A stretch of 64,000 bases of DNA from Podarcis tiliguerta. Lineage: Eukaryota. The stretch lies in assembly GCA_965153285.1 (NCBI GenBank), contig OZ229113.1; one strand, given 5' to 3'. The notes below the pieces were generated by a model. That model worked only from the letters and a program-made list of their open reading frames with translations. It did not search any database and was not told the DNA's origin. This document shows, piece by piece, positions 34,598-48,787 of the stretch. Position numbers and translations under genes: made by a program. How positions within the stretch are numbered: position 1 is the first letter of the stretch; every line of letters begins with the position of its first letter.

Positions 34598-37134
34598 ACC
34601 CCCCCCCCCCCCCCCGGTTACTGGCCTCAATCTCTGTACTGGGATGCTTGTCAGCCCTGTCCGGCACTACTGGTTATTACTGCTCCCTGACTGGTTGGCT
34701 AAGTGTAAAAAGTGAAAGAGGATTTCAGCAGGTGTAGCTTGCACTTCCTGACATTCCCTCTTCTATCCAAACTATTTAAATTGCCACTTGGCCATCCTCT
34801 TAGCTTCCTCGTCTTTCTCCTTGGTGAGGAACAGCAGCTGGCTAGCTCTCCAAAACCACTGGGCTTTGAGACAAACATGGACCGCCCAAATCTGTGTGTC
34901 TGATACTTGTTCAGAAAATCTGGTGACTGTAAGCCTGATTGAACACTGGAGCCTGAACGATAGAATCAAGACAGGCAAATCCTTTACTACTTCCAGGCAC
35001 CTGATGGCTATATTTTTAGTGACAGATTCTAGAGACAAGAAGCTTAAAAAAGAAGAAGAAAACTACACTTACGGGCTTTATGCCATTCCATACATCAAAA
35101 GCAATACTATTACACAGCAATCAAGCTTGTAGTTTAACTATATGTCCATGTAAACTACTTTGTATGTAAGTTTCATAGCACTGTTAATATGATAATGTGT
35201 GCATCTTAATGGCAAGAGCATATTCAGTGCATATTCAAGGTGCCGGGCAGTTTTAATGTCATGGAAGTGAAACAACTTTAAGCTCTTGTGTCATATTATC
35301 TGAACTTTCTTACTGGCATCCTTGCAGCCTCCCCTTATCCCCCAGGGCTTACATAACCCACCAGTGGCAAGCTGTAGAGATTTCTCATTGCCACCTTAAT
35401 TCATTCAGTGCTGTTCTTGTTGCTGCCTAACAGCCATATGCTTTCAGTTGTTCTATGTCTCTGCTTTCCCCCATGGAGGGAAATAAGTTATATTGAAATC
35501 AGCTTTTTGTTACATTTCAGTCCCATATTGTTTGCCATTTGCATTTATCTTTCTCTGCAAAGACAGAATAGACGTTAATACCACCCGTCCCAAATTCATT
35601 CATCTTTCCCGTAACACTTGCCAAGTGCTGCCATTATTTAACTACTTAAAACTTTCACGCTCTTATAATGCTCATAAAATACTTATTTAATTCTTGATAT
35701 TTTAGCGCCAGCTGTGATGATTCAATCGAGGTTAGGTTTTTCAAAAGCCAGCCAGGAAAAATCCCATCAGGCAGCAATACAGCTCGTTTATAAGGAGCGA
35801 CGTTTTTACAATAGTGAGACAACACTGCTCCTGACGTCTGCCTTATCTAAACACTGCCTATTTTAAGTTTTTCATGGTAAGCAAAACCACAGCATGCCGA
35901 TTCGAGAAAGACATACATCTGGCTCAGAAGCATCACTCTGTACGTTAAACATTTTATGAAACAGCTCTGTCTTTTTAATTCGAGCAGAGAACTTTTTCTT
36001 TCTTTTAAAGCGGAGTTGGTTTGGCAGAAAGGAAAGCTATAGGGGTTTCTTCACCACAAACGTTTCTATTTCCCCCAAACTAAAAAAATAAAATAAAAAA
36101 CTGAGTGAACATTCACTAGCCAAACATGTCAGATACACTAACAAACATCATGTACTGATTTGATGTGAGTTTTGTGGTTCTAAATTCAATTACTCACTTC
36201 TTTTCAGAGGGCAGGTTCAAGTAGTATATATCCGCCTTGGGTATGGGTGTGTGTGTACACCAAAAAAGGCAACATTTAAAATTGAATGTGAAAATGATGA
36301 TCTACTGCAATTTCTTCACTGCCCCTTATTGTGATATCAAGTTTTTGAAATAATTTCTAACATCAGTGATGAATTCGAGTGATGAACATGATTTTCAAAA
36401 GCAGCTAAAGGGATCAAGGATAGCAGTGTTGCAACCATTTACTCCAGCATTAGTCCAGCATAGTTCCACTGAAATCAGTTTGACCACTTTTGGATTTCCC
36501 TGAATTGCAAATAAAACCAACAAGACAGCTTGCAGACATGAGATATGGCATTTGCTTAATTGCTGCTGCCTCTGGAATCTCTGCAGGTGTGGGGACTGCA
36601 TCAGCCTCAAAGCCTCATGTGTGTGTCAGAATCATAGGATTTTGATGGCCTGTGCTAATATTTCTTTGCCTGGGCAACAAAATGTTGGGAAGTCATTTTT
36701 CTTTCTCAGAACTAAAGGAATCTACCATTAGGTACTAAGGACAACTGTGTGTATATTTTGAGGGGCTTTTTCTCTCATTGAATGCTGCTCCACACTTGAT
36801 TTATGTAAAGAGGGACAGCGTATCTATAGCAATGGACTCTGTTGTGTGCTAGTAAAAAGCATCCTCCATACCTATGGTGGGAATATAAAATCCTGAGGAT
36901 AATTGGAATATGAACTGTATGAAACATAACCATTATCTGTTGTCATTTACAGCAAAAGCTGTTCTCTAAAAGGTCTCCAGGAAATGTGTAATAAAGGAAA
37001 TATGCTGATGTGCTGGTTTTAAAATTTTGAATGTTTTAAATCATTGTTTTTGTTGTTTTCACCAATAATTTTCTTGTTTTCTTCTTTTTGTAAACCACTG
37101 TAAGGTTTTATTTAAGCGGTAAATAAATTTTATG

Positions 37135-37165
37135 AAATAAATAAATAAATAAATAAATAAATAAA
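37135..37165. repeat. (TAAA)n tract, probably a retroposon tail
   Basis: Directly visible; preceded by tgtaaaccact...agcggtaaataaat, which resembles an L2-type 3' end. Confidence 0.85.
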
Positions 37166-39477
37166 AGAGAAATACAGTAGGAAATATTTTAGAGGTAGTC
37201 ATAATGATTATTGCAAGAACTGGAAAAACAGTAACAAGCCACCACTTTAAAAATGGATTTGGAACATTTCCGGATACAATCTGTATGTGCCAAATTATAG
37301 TGATAGCATTTTAGATGTCAAGGGAGGAGAAATCTATGCAGATGTTTTTTGTTTTGTTTTTTATTTTTTTTAATTGAATTTTCAATTCTAGAAACAAAAC
37401 AGACATTTAACATATCATTAAATTTCCAACGACATCCCTCCCTCTCCTTCCTTGGTTCATTTTATTTATCTTCTCTCCCTGCATATTTTACTAAGACCAT
37501 TTTGTCCGTTCTTCAGTTTTACATCCCTCAAACAATAACTACACTGTTGATTTTATCTTAATGCTGTTTCACTGTTTTCAGTGGAAATCTTTGCAGATAT
37601 TTATAGCAATTATTTACAGCCATTTAAAATAGGGGGGAAATCAGCAGAGCATTAATAGATGTTGTCAGTTGTATAAGAACATCAAGCATTTATACAGAAG
37701 TAGGTATACTTTTAATATAATGTATTAAGTGTGGTGTAAATGCCCTAAGTTATTTCTCTTACTCCCCCCACCCATGTTTATTTAATGTTAATAAATTATC
37801 ATCATCATCATCCCGATATCAGGGTCATAATCTACAATTTGACCATCCCTGGTATTGTCAAGAGTCAGCGTCTTTAAATGAAAAGGTAGGTGGCCCTCCA
37901 GTTAGGATATACTGCTGGAGGAGAAGTTGGCTAGGTCCCTACCATATATATTTTGCACCAAAGACCTTTTTATTTTATTTTCTCAAGCTTTTTGGTTACA
38001 TTTTAATCTTGCTAATTGTTTTATGCTGCTTTTGTGATTCTGTAGCCTTTAAGTTTATTAAGCTTTGTTTGCATTTACACTCATAATTACCTCATTCTTT
38101 CTTATGAACCGCTTACATTAAATAACTAAAAATGTGGTTTAGATGCAAAGGCTTCAGTCCTCTCTACACTTACTAGCAGGGACAGAGGACTGTAGGTCAC
38201 AGCTGGACTTCCTTCACAGGTAAACATGCACAGGATTGAGCCAAAATGGTGCAGTCCTATGTGCTCTTACCTGTTTGTAAACCCTCACTGAATACAGTGG
38301 GATTTGCTTCCCAGTAAAACAGTTAGGATTAGGATTTAAGACCTGCTCGTCTGCGTATTACATTATCCCCCTTGGGAATCTGCTTCTGCATGGAAACTCT
38401 GTGTGCCCTGGCTGTAACGTCTCTTGCACTTAGCCACACGGGTGCTCCTAATTACATGGAGAGTTTCTATCCTTAACCCACAAGGATAAAGTAACATGCA
38501 GGCTGGCCCTGAGTTCAATAGTGCAGCTGGTGAGCTTGGGCCCTCTCAGCCCTGCAGAACTAACATTTGGGGGAGAAACCTTACCTTTCTAAATTTCCTG
38601 ACTTTTATGAGGGCTTGCTGCTACAACCATGACGTTACCTTTAGCATTTGCTAATGCTTTTTATTTAATACTGAGGTTTGTTTTGCCTGACAGTCAAATC
38701 AGTGAATTATACATGCACGAGGAGAAGAAAAAAGTCTCTCACAAATACGTTTCCTAATGCCAGGAGTAATGGTGTCCTGGCTTTTTGTTTTCACAGGATA
38801 CTTACCCTAAAGTCCAGTGACTTAGCTGTTATGTATTATGGCCCTGATCCAGGAAAGCACTTAACTATGTACTTCACTTTCACAATGACATCACTTGGAC
38901 TACTCATACGCTTAAAGTATAGCATGTTATATTAACTGTTTTCCTGGATTGGGGGCCTAGGCTAGGTTCCCCATACCCCACCCCAGAGTACCTTCATAGA
39001 CATTTGAGCTTGAGAGGCAATTGGATTTATTCTACTGTTAGGACATATGGGATTTAAACAGGTGTCTAATTAAACCTAATCACAGCCTGTGTTTCATTCT
39101 CCTGGGTCTGAATAGGAGTAGAAATAACCAGTGACTGTAAAGACAGCCTGACAGGAAAGTGTGTGTGAGAGAGAGAATTTGCCCAGCCAAGGAAAAATAC
39201 AGACCATGCTAGGATGTTTGTAAAGGAGAATTGCTGTTGGCTGGATGCTTGTTAAATGTTAACCTCAGTAGGCCACTCTAGGTCAAGTTAGGACCTGCAA
39301 GTGGATTTTTTTTTTTTACCTGCCCCTGAGCGGCTCATTTCTGTGCTAAGGTATTACCCACGTGGGTATGTACTTAACTTAAGCAGGCAGTTCTAATAGA
39401 TGCCATTGGTGAGAGTGGAACTTCTAATTCTCATTGGTACTGTCATGAAACAACAGAGTCTCATCCTACCTTTAAAA

Positions 39478-39826
39478 AAAGGTAAAGGTAAAGGACCCCT
39501 GGCAGTTACGTCCAGTCGCTAACGACTCTGGGATTGCGGCACTCATCTCACTTTATTGGCCAAGGGACGTTTGTCCTCAGACAGTTTTTCTGGGTCATGT
39601 GGCCAGCATGACTAAGCCGCTTCTGGCGAACCAGAGCAGCGCACGGAAACGCCATTTACCTTCCCGCCGGAGCAGTACCTCATTATCTACTTGCACTTGA
39701 TGTGCTTTCAAACTGCTAGGTTGGCAGGAGCTGGGACAGAACAACGGGAGCTCACCCCATCGCGGGGATTCAAACCACCGACCTACCAATTGGCAAGCCC
39801 AAGGCTCAGTGGTTTACACCACAGTG
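39478..39826 (-). mobile_element. Sauria SINE, third variant, slightly 5'-truncated
   Basis: AAAGGT repeats at 39478, then a reverse-complement SINE body with the variant segment actgtctgaggacaaacg. It lacks the GGGACGCGGG head. Confidence 0.9.
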
Positions 39827-39894
39827 ACTAATAAGTTATTGTGGTGTAAATTTTCATCCCTACTAATTCTTACAGTGCAATACAGACTTTAATA

Positions 39895-40071
39895 CAGTGC
39901 TCTTTTTCTTCTTTAAAAATGTTTAGGAGTACTCTCATTCCGACTCAAGAAAATCACCATTTTATAGTTCAAATCGGGGGAGGGGGAATACAGCAAATGG
40001 ACAAAAGTACAAAGATTCACAAAATGTTTAAGGGTATGCGTCCCTGTGCACCCCCCCAGAAAAAAGCATTG
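39895..40071. mobile_element. hAT-type MITE
   Basis: CAGTGCTCTTTTTCT ... AGAAAAAAGCATTG; perfect 8-bp TSD CTTTAATA at 39887-39894 and 40072-40079. Confidence 0.85.
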
Positions 40072-43000
40072 CTTTAATATATCACCGGACAGTGTTATTA
40101 TCAGTGTTAAATTCTTCCATTGGACCATATTGTCCATCTTATCTCTGCAACTAGGAAGTGGTCCAAGACCAGATATGAAGCAGTTTCGCCCTGCAACACA
40201 GAAAGTTGCCATGTATACTGCCTCAGACTTTGGCCCACTGTAGTTCAGTAATGTCTGCACATATTGGCAGCATCTCTTCAGGACTTCAGGTCAGTCTGTT
40301 CCCAACCCTACCTGGGGATGTTGAACCTGAGAACTTGGTGTCATGCGGTCTACCATTTTGCTTCCATTGTTTTATAAGGTAAATTTCTAGTTCTTATGTT
40401 TCTGTAGGAAACTTTAAGACAGAAATTCAGTGTTTACTAAAAGCTTAGGATCCAAAATTTGACTGCAGCTTGGTGAAGAGTTAGCTAATGAGAGGGGCCT
40501 TGTCACAACAATTCCCAGTATGTTAATGGTCACACTTCCCAATTATGCTAATAGATGTATGCATAGAAGAACAAGCCACTCTGACAAAGCAGCCCTCAGT
40601 GCTGAGGAATTTTCCCATCCCTTCAGTACAACTGCAGCTGAAGAAACCCATCAAGCGCTAAACCTGCATATCCTGTAATCATTTGTTAAACTTAAATGAC
40701 ACACAATCCTTCCCCTCTAAGCAAATTTGTTAACTCTATTAAATCACCTGTGCAGACACAAATGGAGACAGTTGCTATGGGAAGCCAATAACATTTTAAA
40801 GGATTCCGTATTAAATAAAAGGAAGTGTTTGGTGCTATAAAAAGAACTGGCCCTGGTGAAAGCAGGGGTCTTCCAAAGGGCTTAGTGCAGTACATGAGAA
40901 AAATTATTCATACTGCTTCCACCTTGGCCTTCAAAAAATATATACAGTGACAGGGGTATTTATTTAATTTGGAAAGTATTGGGTAACATAGGCCCATTTC
41001 CTTTGAATGCGTGTCTCCTCAAACCATATGCCAATGCCTTTTCATGAGCTGATGAATGTATCTAGTTTAGGTGCTGAAAGGAACAGGAGACACTTTTACT
41101 GTGTTCCACAGAATGGGAAAAATATGGTTTCATACGTTTATTTTTCATTCATTTAAGTGCAGTCCAGTTGACTGCTATGGATGCTTCTGTAAATATCTGC
41201 AAAGGAGAGACCTTTTGGGGAGCTACTGATATACCAAGCCCAGCAGACCAAGCCAATAGCAACACACCCTGTGTTCTGCATCACTGTTTTCCTTTCTTTC
41301 TTGCTCCAGTGATGTGGTGGGGATTATTAAAGGTTAGTGGTAAGAAAAGTGCCAATCCTTGGAGCACATTTCATTTTTGCAAACAGTTTGCACTTACACA
41401 TGGCCTTACTCAAAGCTGTCTTGTTTTTTTGGAAAGGGAATCCAAGATTCTAGGCCATTTCCTCCTGTCCTCGTGAAGTATGAAATGGAAGTAGTGGTCT
41501 TCATTGTCTTCTTCCTCCCAAACTGTTCCATGGAGCACCTGCCCTGAACTGGCTGGACTGGCCTTTTTGTTTGTTTCCTGTCTTGTGAACAATCAAAACA
41601 AATACTCCCCTGCCCCGGCCATTGAAAATATTCCACCTTCCAGTTGCTGTTGGCTGACTGGAGAGGCCCATGGCATTGGCAGTTCCTGAAAGGAGGAACT
41701 TGATGCCCATGTAAGATGGAATATGAAGGTCAGCTAAAAGGAAGATTGTTTTGCCTCACTTTGCCAAAGTGGCAGAAAATAAGAGTTCCTTTTTCCCTTC
41801 TGAATTTTTAAAAGTTCTGCATGTCTCTCAGCATCACATGAAAGGATGGGATGTGTGGTCCGCAATAAAGAGATATTGGGAGGAGGTAAGATATTCTGCC
41901 CAGCAGACTGAGCCGTTGACACCAAGACCTGGTGTCCTCTGTCTCCATTTCTGTTGCATGTCTGAATTGACCTCTAATCCTGCCTTTGGCTGACAGGTGT
42001 GTAGCCTTCAACCCCATGTTGGGTGCAGTCCACCGTTCACTGGCCCTGTGCAGCTTCTATTAAACACTGCTTGTGTGGAAGCCCCGTACGAGCTCCATTG
42101 AAAAGAACAGAGAATGCCCAACAGGAGTGCTTTGTGCATTACCCCGGTTGTCTCGTGGTATTACAGTTTGGCATTATGATTTTTACACAGTAAATGGATC
42201 TTCCAAGAACCTTGCTGCTGCTCATTAAATTAGCAGGGAAAGCCCCATGTCATACATATCCCATTTTTATGAAACGGGACTAAAGCTTGTATTGCCACAG
42301 CTATTAGCCCTCTGGAGGTACCCTGGCACAGCCAAGTACAGATGCTGAAAGCTCTAGACTAGCTGGCTCCAAGGGGTTACAACAACTGTATCAACTTTTC
42401 ACATACAGCCACATGAGAAATACAACCTATCAGTGTGCCAACAGGTTTCACAAAGCATAAAGCTTCTCAGACCCACGGATGCGATTAAGGGAAATAAGGG
42501 TATGAAATCATTTAATGGGAATGTGAAACATGCAAAAGAATCAATCAGTGTTTCCCAGGAGTTACCAAGGATTGTTAAATACTTTTTGGGACCTAAAATT
42601 ATCTAATCCCTAACCCTTTCTGCTTTATGCATCCTCATGCCTATCCTATCCTGTGAAGATCACAACAGCTGCTCAATCCTGGGATTCAAGGTACAATAAA
42701 AGGGTCAAGTTTTCTGTAAGTTGTATATCAGATTCTCCGTGAGAATGCTTTTGTGTTTCCCCCAGAACTGGTCATTACCCTTCTTCGTAGTACGAAAGCC
42801 ATCCCATTCCCACAAAATCAAAAATTACCTTCCTTGTTAGGGGCTTGTTAGTAGCACAATCTGCAACATTCATCTACTGAAACTGACCAGTTCAGAGCAC
42901 TACACATTGATTCTATTTAGTATAAGAGTGTCATATACACTGAAGAAAAAGTAGGACATGATTTTAAGGAGAAAACCACAAAGAATAGGAGATGCCAAAA

Positions 43001-45123
43001 TCTACATCATGTTTATTTTGCTTTCCATTACCATTGCAAACCTCAGTACATTCTGTGACACTTTCGGATTTCATTAGATTTCATTCAACAGCATATGAAT
43101 CTGGAAGCTTGAATTCAAAGCACAAGATATATTTTTTATTTTTCACACACACACCCCACCTCCTTGTATGGTATACATTTCATATACATTGCAAAATGCA
43201 TTGATGTTTTGAATGCATACCATGCTGTTTATCTCACACTTCTGTTATAGAAAACACTGTGACCCGTGACTATTTCATCAGAAGCAAAGCAAATAAAACT
43301 CCATTAGCTGAAACTAGAAGAGTATTCCAAATATAACTGAAAGAAAAGAAATTCATGAATTTATCTCACAAAACAAATCTAAAGGCCTATTAAACTAATA
43401 ATGTTGTCATGTGGCTTGGGCTTTGATGGTCTGGATGGGCTTTTAAGGAATAAACTGGAATTCAGTTTAGATATTGATATAAAGTGGATAAAACCTCACC
43501 TTTGGTTGTTGTTTTTTTAAGGAGAAGAAGGCACTTTAAGATACCTTCTAGACAAACTGGAAAGATGAATAGAATTTGGCATGGATATTACTCAACTGGA
43601 GTTGGCAATGGGGAAAATATGAAAGTTAAGAACGTTCTGTTCTCTAACAGCAATGGTAAACATGTTCTGGAGGACCATAGGATACATCACAAGTATGCTC
43701 TACCCCATTTTAGCTGTTCCACTGGTGGAACTTCACGGCTGGAGCAGCTCTGCTGGCAGAATGAAACACTGAAGTATCTGTTATGTATCTGACATTCCAC
43801 CAGGGTAATATGGCTTCTGTCAAAATCCTAGAGTCCCTCAGCTGGCACAAATGAAATGTCACACTCTCACCAATTTTAAATATAACTAATACAAATTTGA
43901 CATTTTGAACTGACTTAAATTTGCTTCGTAAAATTCATATTGCAATGTTTCTAAAAAGTAAATTCATGTTTGCAGCGTTACTCTGCTTCCATTACGTTAA
44001 TAACTCTGAAACCTGACGAGGCCCATCTGTACAACATGCCATTCAGCGCATACTCTTTTTATTACACTACATATTGTTTTGGCTTATACCAAATTATTCA
44101 GAAGGGGGGGGGTGGAATTTTGGGAAGCAAATGAAACGGAAAGGGTGGAAGTAGGGAAGGGAGGCAGAGCACAGTAAGATTGAAAAGAATCCAGCCGCAA
44201 TTACAGATGTAGTGCTTATTCCCCCACACACCACAAAAGCAATCTGCTACCCAAACTTCTGTCATTACATTATTCTGTTTCCACAGAAATAAAAAAGGGA
44301 TTGCAGCATAAACTTAAACAGAGAGGGAAAGGAAGGTCCTTGCATTGCCTTAGTTTGCCTGAAACAGAAACTACCTTTGTGGGGAGAGGGGGGCAGAGCA
44401 AATGCCTCAAGAGGAAGGAGAAGGTTTTTTTTAAAATATGAATGGAACACATCATCAGGCACAACACAAGTCAGGGATAGCTGTGTGAGCGGCAGCCCTG
44501 TTCAAGCATTCTTCTTATGCAATGAGGAGGAGTTGCTGCCCTCTGCCTCCTCCAGCACATCCCTGTTACGTTAGTAAGCCTGCCACACGCACACACCCCT
44601 TTTTCTCTATGCTCTGCCCTGGTCCTACAGGATCTACAATGGCTCCCAGTACATTTCCGAGCACAATTCAAAGTGCTGGTGCTGACCTTTAAAGCCCTAA
44701 ATGGCCTTTGCCCAGACACTGAGATCTGGCTCCAAGGGCTTTCTGGCAGTTCCCTAATTGCAAAAAGTGAAGTTACAGGAACACCCTCCCATCAGATGTC
44801 AAACAGATAAACATTGGGTGACAAATACATTATGAAATTGTTGTTGTTGTTAAGCTTGCTGTAGTAGATGTGACAGAGGAAGCAGAGCCGTCAGGGTATC
44901 CCCTCATTCCTTCCCTCATGTGAGTGTAATTGAGTGGTGGAATCGAATCTCTATAGGGCTAGAAACTTGAGTCCATCTGTTGTCTTATCATGCATCGTTA
45001 CAACTTATCGATCAAACAATTAATCAAATATTTGTATCCTGCCTTTTGACAAAGAAAAAACAAATCTCCATGTCAGCAAACAATAGTTCAAGAGAAACCA
45101 AACCCATAATCATAACAGATTGT

Positions 45124-45415
45124 CAGGGGTCAGCAAATGTTTTCAGCAGGGGGCTGGACTATATTTTTTTTGGGGGGGGGGATGAACAAATTCCTATGCC
45201 CCACAAATAACCCAAAGATGCATTTTAAATAAAAGCACACATTCTACTCATGTAAAAACACCAGGCAGGCCCCACAAATAACCCAGAGAAGCATTTTAAA
45301 TAAAAGCACACATTCTACTCATGTAAAACACACTGATTCCTGGACTGTCTGCAGGCCGGATTTAGAAGGCGATTGGGCCGGATCCGGCCCCTGGGCCTTA
45401 GTTTGCCTACCCATA
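45124..45415. mobile_element. hAT-type MITE (same family as 12049) with an internal ~60-bp duplication
   Basis: Same ends and body as 12049-12300. ccccacaaataaccc...ttctactcatgtaaaa is present twice, at ~45199 and ~45270. Confidence 0.85.
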
Positions 45416-47468
45416 GATTACATCAAAACACAGCATTAGTAAAGGCAGCAGAAGGCAACAGAATTAATAAAATTAAGAGCAGGAATTCCTTACTGATTTA
45501 AAACAGCAAGGATACCTAAAAATGTATTTGAGCCTAAGAACTAGTAGGGCTGGAGCAAGACAAACTTCTCTAGGAAAAGAGTTCCACAGTTTTGGTGCTA
45601 CCACAGAGAAGGTCCTGTCTTGAGTGAAACCAGATGCCAATACTGATAGTGAACAGTGAGCCTTGGACAGAATCACAGCATGTCAGCAACCAAGATGCAA
45701 ATAAACCACAGATCTCCTGGTTGGCAAGGGCATTTCCGTATGATCGTTTTGTAGACTGGGTGATCAATCCAGATACCTTTCCTCAAAGTGGTGATTCGGT
45801 TGGAGGGTTATTAAGAACTTAGCAAAAGCCCTGCTGGAACAAATCCATCTAGTCCAGCCTCTTCCTTCCAATTGTTGTGTCTGGGAACTGCATAATATTG
45901 CTCTTCAATAGCAGGTACTCAGTAGCATGTTGCTTTTCAGCACGAAGGTGCCACGTGACTAATAGCCATAGATGTTACCTTTTTCCAGCATACATACTTT
46001 GGTCAGTGGGGAAATTTTATCAGAATTTTATCACATGCTTGTGAGATAGTAAATGCTGCAAAACAAATTCACAATAGGGGAAGTGGCCTACCTTTATATA
46101 AGACTGTACTCCATTTCCACTACAGTGATCCTGTGGTCAGTAAGTTTTGTCTGCAAATCCAGTTGACAGCATGATGATATCCTAGTTGCCAGATACCAAG
46201 GATGAAGGATCCACAAAGATAGGAAACTCGGGCTTGTGGCAAGGAATCTTTCTTGGGTCTGTCAGAAAAGGTGTGTTTTGGTCACTCATCTGAATGAACA
46301 CATGAGAAGGGTTTTCAAATCAAAAGAAGAATCTTTCTCATTGCAGTTTCTAATTCCTCTCAGAGAAAGTTAGTATTGAATATTAACAGGCATAGATTAA
46401 ATTAATCTTCAAACACCCCATTCTGTAGGGTTAGGACTCTTATTCTTCACAACTCCTCTCCAGGTGCAAAGGGAACATAGCAACTTATTTGAAATATTTT
46501 TAGGGAATCTGTGCTTAAAGAAGTCTCCTTTTTTTCTTAAAAACTGGACCATATCACACTTCCTGCTGACCTTGTAGATCATCAACAAAGTCTGCTGCTG
46601 TGAAGAAGGCAAACAAAAAATTGAAGGTCAACGGTGCCCTCTGAATATTCAGATCTGTTTAATTTATTTATTATGGTTATTTTTTAAATAACAAATGAAA
46701 ATATCTACATTTGTAGTGGAACACATGATCTCCATGGATGTACGCAGTCAACAAGAACTTCGTATCTCATATACATCTATATTTAATGCAGTGGGTATAA
46801 ATCACAATGAACTGCTTTTAAAGTACATTCTCCCATTGACCTGGCTTCCATTTGGTCGGGAATAACAAACGTACATGTTTAGCTATGTATGGGGAATTCC
46901 ATCCTTTTATTGATTTCGTGGTTCTTGCTGGTGGGGAAATGAGACAGCAAATCAGATTATTTCTGGATATCTTATTTAAAAAATCATATTGAATCCTTTT
47001 TTTAGGTTTGAGCAATTCTTCACATGCCCACTAGATGCCACTGTGATATTAGCTCAATTACCTGTGGGGTGTAGTGCCCCTTATATTAAAAAGTTGTCCT
47101 CTTGAACTTGCCTATTCTGCAGCCATGGTGTTCCCCTCTGTGGAATAGCTATGATTCATTCTGCTGCCTGTCAGAAAGTGTTCTGGAGATGCAAAGAGCT
47201 AAAAATTGCTGGTCTTGCTGAACAGGCAAAGGGAAAAAGTTTAGAAATGGTTGCTTGATTTCTAAAATGAGAGGTGGCGGGACTCAAATCTACCTAGAAG
47301 TCCCACTCTCAGCTTGGGAGGTTTCCTCACAATCCAGGCTAAGACTAGCAGGTGGGGAGGAAATAAGAACTTAAAATGTCCAGAGGCACTGTCACTGTAA
47401 ATAGCACTGCTTATGGTTCTGATCCCTTATTGCAAACTTTATTGAATACCTTATTGAACTCCACACAT

Positions 47469-47775
47469 CAGTGGCGTAGCGTGGAGGGTGCAGGGGGGGC
47501 CGGTTGCACCGGGCGCAACATCGGGGGGGGGGCCCTCGCACTCGCAGCTCTCTGCCCCTACCTGGCTCACTCACTCTCTCTCACTGCAGTGCTGGCTGTG
47601 CGAATCCGATCCGAGCCGCCGGGTCGCCGCCCGCTGTGGAGGGGAGGGTGCCAGGCGTGTGGTGCGGTGCGGAGAGAGAGCGAGGGACTATCTGGGGGAT
47701 GGACAGTGCAGCGGGGGGGGGGGGCGCAAATTACTTGCCTTGCCCCGGGTGCTGACAACCCACGCTACGCCACTG
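47469..47775. mobile_element. GC-rich hAT-type MITE, very young
   Basis: Perfect 16-bp TIR CAGTGGCGTAGCGTGG / CCACGCTACGCCACTG; perfect 8-bp TSD CCACACAT at 47461-47468 and 47776-47783. Confidence 0.93.
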
Positions 47776-47794
47776 CCACACATACACCATAAAG

Positions 47795-47920
47795 CAGGGA
47801 TGGGGAACCTCTGCCCCTTCAGATGCCACTGGATGATCATTCCCATCATCTCTGGCTCTTGGCCTAACAGCTGAGGCTGACAGAAGTTGGGGTCTGCAGT
47901 GCCCCAGGTTCCCCATCCTT
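47795..47920. mobile_element. Degenerate hAT foldback MITE
   Basis: cagggatggggaacct ... aggttccccatcct; related to the 31236 family. Similar decayed copies lie at ~23510-23632, ~58932-59050 and ~62800-62932. Confidence 0.6.
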
Positions 47921-47996
47921 CCAGTAGACTGATATATTTGGTACAGTTTAGTTCAAACAACTCAAACAGTTTGCTTTATAGTTAAGAAGCTTTACT

Positions 47997-48132
47997 CAGG
48001 GCTTTTTTTCAGCAGGAACTCACCAGAACTCAGTTTCGGCGCCTCTCAGGTGGGCGCCATTGCCATTCTAAGAGAACAAGGGAGGTGTTCAGGAGGAGTT
48101 CCAGCAGCTCTTTTTCTAGAAAAATAGCACTC
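47997..48132. mobile_element. hAT-type MITE
   Basis: CAGGGCTTTTTTTC ... GAAAAATAGCACT; flanks gctttact / attttact. The TIR type resembles 39895. Confidence 0.7.
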
Positions 48133-48423
48133 ATTTTACTGAAAAAATACCATTAAGGTCTGTAGTAGATCATTCAAAACAAATTATAACCATTCTGTTA
48201 CATAGCTGTAAACACAGCGTACTATACTAGCAGCACATCTTGTCTTGGAAAGGCTACCAATCATTTATGGTTGGGATCAACAATGGCATGGTGGCTGGTG
48301 GTTGTATGCTAAAACCGTCTAGTGCTGCTGAGGCATTGCTTTTCTCTAATTATCTGGAAGCAGAATTAACAAGAAAGTACTCTTCAGCACTTACTGATAT
48401 AGCCCAGCCTATATTATCCTGCA

Positions 48424-48787
48424 GGGGACGCGGGTGGCGCTGTGGGTAAAAGCCTCAGCGCCTAGGGCTTGCCGATTGAAAGGTCGGCGGTTCGAATCCC
48501 CACGGCGGGGTGCGCTCCCGTTGCTCGGTCCCTGCTCCTGCCAACCTAGCAGTTCGAAAGCACTCCCGGGTGCAAGTAGATAAATAGGGACCGCTTACTA
48601 GCGGGAAGATAAACGGCGTTTCCGTGTGCTGCTCTAGCTCGCCAGAGCAGCGATGTCACACTGGCCACGTGACCTGGAAGTGTCTCTGGACAGCGCTGGC
48701 CTCCGGCCTCTTGAGTGAGATGGGCGCACAACCCTAGAGTCTGTCAAGACTGGCCCGTACGGGCAGGGGTACCTTTACCTTTACCTT
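48424..48787 (+). mobile_element. Sauria SINE, second subfamily
   Basis: Highly similar to 19102; perfect 14-bp TSD TATATTATCCTGCA at 48410-48423 and 48788-48801. Confidence 0.94.

Noticed and set aside
47376-47960. Overlapping GC-rich ORFs and an apparent CpG-island promoter
   Set aside because: Explained by the GC-rich MITE with perfect TIR and TSD.
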